This document shows positions 27,981 to 34,014 of a stretch of DNA of 34,014 nt, in pieces (the first letter of the stretch is position 1; every line of letters starts with the position of its first letter). The stretch is from an uncultured Gemmatimonadaceae bacterium (lineage in GTDB: Bacteria; Gemmatimonadota; Gemmatimonadetes; Gemmatimonadales; GWC2-71-9), in contig CAYUOK010000003.1 in assembly GCA_964446395.1 (NCBI GenBank), positions 1 through 34,014 of the forward strand, written 5' to 3'. The notes below the pieces were generated by a model. It saw only the letters and a program-made list of their open reading frames with translations, was not told the origin of the DNA and did not search any database. The position numbers were made by a program, and so were the translations under genes.

Positions 27981-30084
27981 GCAGGCGTCCCGCGAGTTCC
28001 ACCAGCCGGCGGTGCGTCGCGAGTTCCTCCGCGGGCGAGGGCGGCCGCCGCTGCACGTAGGTCCCGTCGGGCAGGAGGTCCCACGCCTGGCGGTTGTCCT
28101 CCCACATCAATTCCAGCACCTCGCGCATCGTCCGCCGGTGATGCGGATCCTCGATCGGGGCCACCGCCTCCACGCGGCGGTCCAGGTTGCGCGGCATCCA
28201 GTCCGCCGAGCCGATGTACACCTCGTCGGCGCCGCCGTTGCCGAACCAGAAGGCGCGGCTGTGCTCAAGGAACCGCCCGACGATGCTGATCACGCGGATG
28301 TTCTCGCTCACCCCGGGCACGCCGGGCCGGAGGCAGCAGATGCCACGGATGATCAGGTGGACCTGCACCCCCGCGCGCGAGGCCTCGTACAGCTCGTGGA
28401 TCATCCCGGGGTCCACCAGGGCGTTCATCTTGGCGAGGATGCGCGCCGGCCGCCCCGCGCGCGCGTGCTCCGACTCGCGGTGGATCATCTCGACGAATCG
28501 CTCGCGCATGGACCGCGGGGCCACCAGCAGCTTCCGGAACCGCTCGGTCACGCCGAAGCCGGTGAGCTCGTTGAAGAGGTCCGTCAGGTCCTCGCCGAGG
28601 GCGGGGTCGCTCGAGAAGAGGCCGAAGTCGGTGTAGAGGCGCGCGGTGCGCGGGTTGTAGTTGCCGGTGCCGATGTGCACATAGCGCCGGATGTCGTTCC
28701 CCTCCCGGCGGACCACCAGCATGATCTTGGTGTGCGTCTTGAGCCCGGACACGCCGTAGCTCACGTGCACTCCCACGTCTTCCAGCCGCTGGGCCCAGAT
28801 GATGTTGCTCTCCTCGTCGAACCGCGCCTGCAGCTCGATCAGGACCGCCACCTGCTTTCCCCGTTCCGCGGCGTGCGCCAGGAGCCGCGCGATGCTCGAG
28901 TCGCCGCCGGTGCGGTAGAGCGTCAGCTTGATGGCGAGCACGTCGGGGTCGTCGGTGGCCTGCTGGAGGAACCGCTCCACCGAGGTCTGGAAGCTGTCGT
29001 ACGGGTGGTGGAGGAGGAGGTCGCCCTCCCGGATGACGTCGAAGACGCTCCGGCCCGACGCCAGCCGAGCCGGCGTGACGGGCAGGAAGGGGGGATCGCG
29101 CAGCTCCGGGAGGTCGAGGGAAGCCAGCGCCATCAGGTCGGAACAGTCGAGCGGACCCGGCACCTCGTACACGTCGTCGAGCGTCAGGTCGATGCCCTCC
29201 TCCTGCACCGCGTTGAACTCCGCCAGCAGCAGCTGCCGGAGCCCGTTCGGCGTCCCCGCGCCGACTTCCAGTCGCGACACCTCGGCGAAGCGTCGGTTGC
29301 GGACCTCCTCCTGGATGAGGCTCAGGAGGTCCTCGGCCTCGTCGTGGTCGATCTGGAGGTCGGTGTTCCGCGTGATCCGGAACGAGTGCCAGCTCAGGAT
29401 CTCGACGCCGGGGAACAGCGACTCGAGGTGCGCACCGATGAGCTGCTCCAGCGGCAGGAACCGGTGCGCGCCGGGGAGCGCCACCCACCTCGGCAGGATC
29501 TTCGGCACCTTGACCCGCGCGAACCGTTCCTCGCCGTCGGCCCCGCGCAGGAACACCGCGATCGAGATGCTGAGGTTCGAGATGTACGGGAAGGGGTGCG
29601 CCGGATCCACCGCCAGCGGCGTCAGCACCGGGAAGACGTTCCGGCGGAAGTATTCGCGCAGGTGCGCCCGGTCCTCCTCGGTCGTCTCGCGCATGTCCAG
29701 GAGGAGGTGGACCCCCGCCCGCGCCAGTTCCGGCACCACCTCGTCGAGCAGGCAGCGGTACTGGTCGGCCACCATGGCGCGCGCCACCTGCGCGATGGAC
29801 CGCAGCTGCTCGTCCGGCGTCAGGCCGTCGGCGGTGCGCTCACTGTAGCCGGCGTCCACCTGCCGCCGAAGCCCCGCCACGCGCACCTGGAAGAACTCGT
29901 CGAGGTTGCCCGCGAAGATCGCCAGGAACTTGACCCGCTCGAGGAGCGGGGTCCGGGGGTCCTGCGCCTCGTGGAGGACACGCCGGTTGAACTCCAGCCA
30001 CGAGAGTTCGCGGTTGAAGTAGAGCCCGGCGTGCTTGAGGTCGGGCAGGTGCGCGGGAGCGGAGACTTCGGCGGGCGATGTCAT
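27970..30084 (-). CDS. ppk: polyphosphate kinase 1
   Basis: 704 aa. N-terminus YFNRELSWLEFNRRVLHEA, FLAIFAGNLDEFF, two PLD-like blocks (HTKIMLVVRRE, GSADWMPRNLDRRVE). Confidence 0.95.
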   Translation of the reverse strand: MTSPAEVSAPAHLPDLKHAGLYFNRELSWLEFNRRVLHEAQDPRTPLLERVKFLAIFAGNLDEFFQVRVAGLRRQVDAGYSERTADGLTPDEQLRSIAQVARAMVADQYRCLLDEVVPELARAGVHLLLDMRETTEEDRAHLREYFRRNVFPVLTPLAVDPAHPFPYISNLSISIAVFLRGADGEERFARVKVPKILPRWVALPGAHRFLPLEQLIGAHLESLFPGVEILSWHSFRITRNTDLQIDHDEAEDLLSLIQEEVRNRRFAEVSRLEVGAGTPNGLRQLLLAEFNAVQEEGIDLTLDDVYEVPGPLDCSDLMALASLDLPELRDPPFLPVTPARLASGRSVFDVIREGDLLLHHPYDSFQTSVERFLQQATDDPDVLAIKLTLYRTGGDSSIARLLAHAAERGKQVAVLIELQARFDEESNIIWAQRLEDVGVHVSYGVSGLKTHTKIMLVVRREGNDIRRYVHIGTGNYNPRTARLYTDFGLFSSDPALGEDLTDLFNELTGFGVTERFRKLLVAPRSMRERFVEMIHRESEHARAGRPARILAKMNALVDPGMIHELYEASRAGVQVHLIIRGICCLRPGVPGVSENIRVISIVGRFLEHSRAFWFGNGGADEVYIGSADWMPRNLDRRVEAVAPIEDPHHRRTMREVLELMWEDNRQAWDLLPDGTYVQRRPPSPAEELATHRRLVELAGRLPST

Positions 30085-30172
30085 GGCCCAAACAATCTAC
30101 CCCGTCGGCCAAGCCCCGGGAAGGGTTGTCACGAACGTGTAACATATTGTCAATGAATACCTTAGACGGAAG

Positions 30173-30206
30173 CGGCCGGCCCCGGGGTGCTCTCCGGGGC
30201 CGGCCG
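30173..30206. terminator. perfect 13-bp GC hairpin between the lipoprotein gene and the ppk promoter region
   Basis: cggccggccccgg (30173-30185) pairs perfectly with ccggggccggccg (30194-30206), with loop ggtgctct. It lies 20 nt downstream of the minus-strand stop at 30226. Flanks are only weakly T-rich. Confidence 0.55.
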
Positions 30207-30225
30207 TTTCACCCGCGGGAAGCGG

Positions 30226-31137
30226 CTACTGGACGGAGCGATAGGGGAACGCCCAGATGTTCGACCGGTAGTTGTCGCCGCCCTGGGTCTGCAGCGCCTC
30301 GGAGTCGATCGCGTCCACGGCCATTCGGGCGATGCCCGGCCGGCGCACGGTCCAGCCGATCGTCCAGGTGCCGTCGCCGTTGTCGTGCATCGGGAGGCGG
30401 AACCAGGCGTCGCGGTCGGCCCGGCAGTGGCGCACGTGGAGGAAGAGCTGTGTCGGCGGGACGAGGTCGGTGCCTGTGGTGTTGGTGACCGCCACCGTCA
30501 CCACCACGCTGTCGCCGAGGTGGAGGGTGGGCACGCCGCCGTCCAGCGGGTAGACGTGATCAGGGTCGGTCACCGTCCCGATCGCGACGCCGTTGACCGC
30601 CACCGCCATCGAGGTGATCTGGACGGTGCGCCGTGCCGGGTCGCTGTCCACGATGTTCCCGATGCTCATCCCGACGAGCCGCCAGCCGCGCGGGGCGGTG
30701 GAGTCCTTCACGAAGACCGCGCGGTGCCGGAGCGTCTCGTGCATCGGCTTGGCGCCGGGGTTCAGGACACCGTCGAAGGTGGTGTCCACCAGGAAGCGGC
30801 CGTCGAACCGCACCGCCACCGCCACCTTGGCGGTGTCCCCCTCGATGACGACCACGCGGTCGCGGCTCGGACGGACGGGGGCGCGACGCCGGCCCCAGTG
30901 CTCGGGGGCCACGTACGGATCGCCGGGGGCGGAGTAGAGGCCGGGGGAAGAGGTGAGGGCAGCGCCCTCGAGGATGTCGTCGCCGCCGGGATTCTCGTCG
31001 AAATAGCCGGCGTCCACGTCGAGGTACGCCTGCTGGACCGCGGCCTCGTCGCCGGAAACGCCGGTGGGTGCATCGTCGCTGCAGGCCGTTGCAGTCAGCG
31101 CGAGCGCCGCCAGGAAGGCGGTGGAGTGAATTCGCAT
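30226..31137 (-). CDS. hypothetical lipoprotein (303 aa)
   Basis: Lipobox-type signal MRIHSTAFLAALALTATAC-SDD. Beta-rich composition. No family recognised. Confidence 0.6.
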   Translation of the reverse strand: MRIHSTAFLAALALTATACSDDAPTGVSGDEAAVQQAYLDVDAGYFDENPGGDDILEGAALTSSPGLYSAPGDPYVAPEHWGRRRAPVRPSRDRVVVIEGDTAKVAVAVRFDGRFLVDTTFDGVLNPGAKPMHETLRHRAVFVKDSTAPRGWRLVGMSIGNIVDSDPARRTVQITSMAVAVNGVAIGTVTDPDHVYPLDGGVPTLHLGDSVVVTVAVTNTTGTDLVPPTQLFLHVRHCRADRDAWFRLPMHDNGDGTWTIGWTVRRPGIARMAVDAIDSEALQTQGGDNYRSNIWAFPYRSVQ

Positions 31138-31241
31138 GGGAACGGCTCCTGTGATGGTCGTGTCGGTTGGGCACTACGCCCGGTAGACGACGACCGTCCA
31201 GGAACGTTAAGCGGCGTGTCCTTCGCCCGGCGTGACTCCCG

Positions 31242-31637
31242 TCACCCCGGGCCGGGGCCTTGGTCTCCGCTCACCAGCAGGGCGAGCATCAGGCTGACGA
31301 TGCCGACCACCAGGCCGCCCCAGAAGGCCGGCCAGAATCCGTCCACGGTGAATCCGAGGTTCCAGACGGCGGCGAGCCGGGCGGTGAGCATGAGCATCAC
31401 GCCGTTGATGACCAGCGTGAAGAGCCCGAGGGTCAGGAGCACGAGCGGGCAGGACAGCACGGTGAGGATCGGACGGAGCACCGCGTTCACCACGCCGAAG
31501 ACGAGCGCCACCGCCAGCAGCTGGAGCGGCCCGTCCGTGAAGTGGATGCCTGGAATGACCTGCACCGCCGCCGAAAGGGCGATGGTGTTGATCATCCACC
31601 GGATCAGGAACGGTTTCACCTGGACTCGGGAGAGCAT
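31242..31637 (-). CDS. phage_holin_4_2 (YvlD-like) family 4-TM membrane protein
   Basis: 131 aa. 'FLIRWMINTIALSAAVQVIPGIHF', 'VFGVVNAVLRPILTVLSCPLVLLTLGLFTLVINGVMLMLTA' and 'GFTVDGFWPAFWGGLVVGIVS' match the family pattern as I remember it. Confidence 0.7.
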   Translation of the reverse strand: MLSRVQVKPFLIRWMINTIALSAAVQVIPGIHFTDGPLQLLAVALVFGVVNAVLRPILTVLSCPLVLLTLGLFTLVINGVMLMLTARLAAVWNLGFTVDGFWPAFWGGLVVGIVSLMLALLVSGDQGPGPG

Positions 31638-31649
31638 CGGAGTGTCCGC

Positions 31650-33686
31650 CTACGGCGTGGGGCGGAGTGAGGCGTCGAGCCAGTCGAGCACGGTGCCCCA
31701 CCAGAGTCGGCGATCGCGGGGGCGGAGCACGAAATGCCCCTCGTTCGGGAAGTAGAGGAACTTGCCCGGCAGGCCCCGCAGCCGGAGCGCCGTATAGGCC
31801 TGGAACCCCTCGGAGACGTCCACCCGGTAGTCCTCCTGCCCGTGCACGATCAGCATCGGCGTCTGCCACCGCGACGTGTAGTTGGCCGGCGACCACTTCT
31901 CCATCGTGGCCCGCGCGGAGGGCATCAGCGGCGTGCCGCCGAACTCGTGGATGGGGAACCAGAGTTCCTCCGTGGACCCCGAGAAGCTCAGCGGGTTGAA
32001 GATGCCGTCGTGCGCCACGAGGGTCCGGAAGCGGTTCGTCTGCCCCGCCATCCAGTAGATCATGTACCCGCCGTACGAAGCGCCTGCCGCCCCCACCCGC
32101 GTCCGGTCCACCCAGGGGTAGCTCGTCACGACGTCGAGGCCCTTCATCAGGTCCTCGTAGGGGTAGTCGCCCCAGTGCTGGGAAATGCTGTTGGTGAACG
32201 CCTGCCCGTAGCCGGTGCTGCCGTGGAAGTTCACGGCCGCCACGACGTAGCCGCGCGCCGCGAACATCGCGTAGTTCCACCGCGGGTGCCACTCGTCGCT
32301 CCAGGCGGACTGCGGGCCGCCGTGGATCAGGTACACCACCGGGTATTTCTTGTCCGGATCGAACCCCGGCGGCTTCATGACCCAGCCGAACACGGAGTCG
32401 TTGAGAGCGCCCACGAAGCCGAACGGCTCCAGCGGCGTGAGCTCGACGCCCGCCAGCCACTCCCCGTTCAGGCTCGTCACCTGGCGGAGCCCGCCGCCCG
32501 TCGTCCAGTTGGCGGCCCACACCTCGGCGGGGCGGTCGGCGGTGCTGCGGACGAACACCATCTCGTCACCCCGCGGCGGGACGCGTGCGCCCCGGTTGAC
32601 CCCGCCCGCGACGAGCAGGGTGCGCCGCCCGTTGGCCACCTCGATGCGGTAGAGCGAAACGCCGCCGCGCTCCGGCACCTCCGCGATCAGCGCCCGCGAG
32701 TCGGGGGTCCAGCTGATGGCGTCCACGCTCGACATCCAGTCGGCGGTGAGCGACCGCCGCCGGCCCGTCGCCCGCTCGTAGAGCATGACCTGCTGCCGGT
32801 CCGCCTCGAAGCCGGGGACGGTCATGGCCAGGTACGCGACGTACCGGCTGTCCGGCGAGTACGCGGGCGAATTGTCGTTGGCCAGGTTGTTCGTGATGGC
32901 CTGGCGTCCGCTGCCGTCGGGCCCCATCACGAAGATGTCGTTGTTGGTGCTGGTGGCCAGCGACGAGTCGGGGTTCACCACCACCGCCACCTCGGTCCCG
33001 AACTGCGAAAGGGCCACGCCGACGCCGCTGAGCGCGAGGGTCGGCACGTCGCGATCGTAGGGGGTCACGTCGGCGCCGATCGTGTCCCCCGGCTCCAGCC
33101 GGAAGAGGTGCTGGCGGAGGCCCACCCGCCACTCATTCCAGTGCCGATAGAACAGCTCCGTCCAGATCTTGGCCTCGGTGGGGAAGCCGCCGTTGCGGAG
33201 GTCGAGCTCCGTCTGCGCGGGCCACTTCACGTCCTTCACGTAGAAGAGCGCCTTCCCGCCCGGCGACACCCAGAACTCCGAGATCCCGCCGGGTACCGCG
33301 GTCAGGCGCGTCGGCTCGCCGCCGCGAATCGGCAGGCGCCAGATCTGGGCGCCCTCCTCGCGCGTCGAGATGTAGGAGAGCGTCCTGCCGTCCGCCGACC
33401 ACCTCGGGGAGCGCTCGCTGCCCGAGCCCGACGTCGCCTCCCACGTCTCGCCCGAGCCCATGTCCGCGAGCCAGATCCGGCTCCGGTTGCGGTCCTCGTC
33501 GAGCGACGGCACCGAGACCGTGAAGGCGAGGAGCCGGCCGTCAGGTGACGGCTGCGGATCCGACACGGCGCGCACGGCCAGGAAGGTCTCGATGGTCATC
33601 GGCGCCCGGGCCGACTGTGCGGCGGCGCTCCCGGCAGCGGCCATCACCCCGACGGCGAACGCGGCGGCGAGGAGAGATCGGCTCAC
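31650..33686 (-). CDS. secreted S9 family serine peptidase (beta-propeller plus prolyl oligopeptidase/acylaminoacyl-peptidase catalytic domain)
   Basis: 678 aa. Signal peptide AAGSAAAQS, TolB-like propeller repeats (SPDGRLLAF, SADGRTLSY, SPDSRYVAY, TPDSRAL), nucleophile elbow GASYGGYM, and downstream VHGQEDYRV and EGH. Confidence 0.85.
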   Translation of the reverse strand: MSRSLLAAAFAVGVMAAAGSAAAQSARAPMTIETFLAVRAVSDPQPSPDGRLLAFTVSVPSLDEDRNRSRIWLADMGSGETWEATSGSGSERSPRWSADGRTLSYISTREEGAQIWRLPIRGGEPTRLTAVPGGISEFWVSPGGKALFYVKDVKWPAQTELDLRNGGFPTEAKIWTELFYRHWNEWRVGLRQHLFRLEPGDTIGADVTPYDRDVPTLALSGVGVALSQFGTEVAVVVNPDSSLATSTNNDIFVMGPDGSGRQAITNNLANDNSPAYSPDSRYVAYLAMTVPGFEADRQQVMLYERATGRRRSLTADWMSSVDAISWTPDSRALIAEVPERGGVSLYRIEVANGRRTLLVAGGVNRGARVPPRGDEMVFVRSTADRPAEVWAANWTTGGGLRQVTSLNGEWLAGVELTPLEPFGFVGALNDSVFGWVMKPPGFDPDKKYPVVYLIHGGPQSAWSDEWHPRWNYAMFAARGYVVAAVNFHGSTGYGQAFTNSISQHWGDYPYEDLMKGLDVVTSYPWVDRTRVGAAGASYGGYMIYWMAGQTNRFRTLVAHDGIFNPLSFSGSTEELWFPIHEFGGTPLMPSARATMEKWSPANYTSRWQTPMLIVHGQEDYRVDVSEGFQAYTALRLRGLPGKFLYFPNEGHFVLRPRDRRLWWGTVLDWLDASLRPTP

Positions 33687-34014
33687 CCGATCACCCCGCC
33701 GCCGAGCACCTGGTCGTCGGCGCCGTACAGCACGCCCGACTGGCCCGGCGAGATGGCCCGCGCCGGCGTGTCCAGCAGGAGCGAGACGCCGTCGTCGCTC
33801 CGCGCGGTGACGGTGGCGGGGATGGCCCGCGACCGGTACCGGATCTGGACGCCGCAGCGGTCGCCGACCGCCAGTGGGGCGGCCAGCCAGTTCACCTCGG
33901 CCAGGGCGAGCCGGTTCCCCTCGAGCGCCGCCTCCGGCCCGATGACGACCTCACGGCGTTCCGGCCGGATGGCCACGACGTACATCGGCTCGGCGAACCC
34001 GCCGGGCAGCCCGC
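33683..34014 (-). CDS. mnmA: tRNA 2-thiouridine(34) synthase MnmA, C-terminal part only (N-terminus beyond window)
   Basis: The frame stays open to the window end (GLPGGFAEP precedes Met at 33985). 'PMYVVAIRPERREVVIG', 'CGVQIRYRSRAIPATV' and 'ISPGQSGVLYGADDQVLGGGVI' match the MnmA C-terminal beta-barrel domain. 4-nt overlap with the peptidase gene. Confidence 0.8.
   Translation of the reverse strand, partial: GLPGGFAEPMYVVAIRPERREVVIGPEAALEGNRLALAEVNWLAAPLAVGDRCGVQIRYRSRAIPATVTARSDDGVSLLLDTPARAISPGQSGVLYGADDQVLGGGVIG

Noticed and set aside
31242-31637. Prophage lysis cassette implied by the holin-family gene
   Set aside because: It is a single small membrane-protein gene with no endolysin, spanin, integrase or structural genes nearby. 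This family is widespread as a chromosomal membrane protein.

Overview
This is a 34,014-nt window from a very GC-rich (about 70% by eye), densely coded bacterial chromosome. The gene content and the ffs-dnaX-ybaB-recR synteny indicate a core chromosomal region. A Gemmatimonadota-like origin is only my inference.

I support about 38 protein genes and one RNA gene.

- Plus strand, 0-14.2 kb: TPR-like protein (5' partial), DUF1761 membrane protein, two small hypotheticals, aldo/keto reductase, ispG, exported TlpA-like thioredoxin, Bcp-like peroxiredoxin, a secreted hypothetical and a DUF1905-like protein. After an anomalous ~550-nt AT-rich spacer comes a glycolytic cluster (pyk, MBL hydrolase, pgi, long class II aldolase), then YtxH and YihY/BrkB membrane proteins.
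- Minus strand, 14.2-19.6 kb: the only clearly accessory locus. It is a five-gene chaperone-usher-like pilus operon (three DUF4402-like subunits, a PapD-like chaperone, a 994-aa usher-like protein) with a sigma54-type -24/-12 box upstream.
- 19.6-20.3 kb: a divergent control region with a ~230-nt inverted array of G-rich and C-rich octamers, followed by the SRP (4.5S) RNA gene.
- Plus strand, 20.3-28 kb: dnaX, ybaB, recR, a TM/HEAT-like protein, the mglB-mglA small-GTPase module, pgsA, cinA, grpE and dnaJ.
- Minus strand, 28-34 kb: ppk1, an orphan lipoprotein, a holin-4_2-family membrane protein, an S9 peptidase and mnmA (N-terminus beyond the window).

I saw no rRNA, tRNA, CRISPR array, transposase/integrase or prophage module. 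Many long ORFs in the supplied track are antisense or off-frame shadows typical of high-GC DNA and are rejected. All family assignments come from motif recognition by eye, not from database searches.
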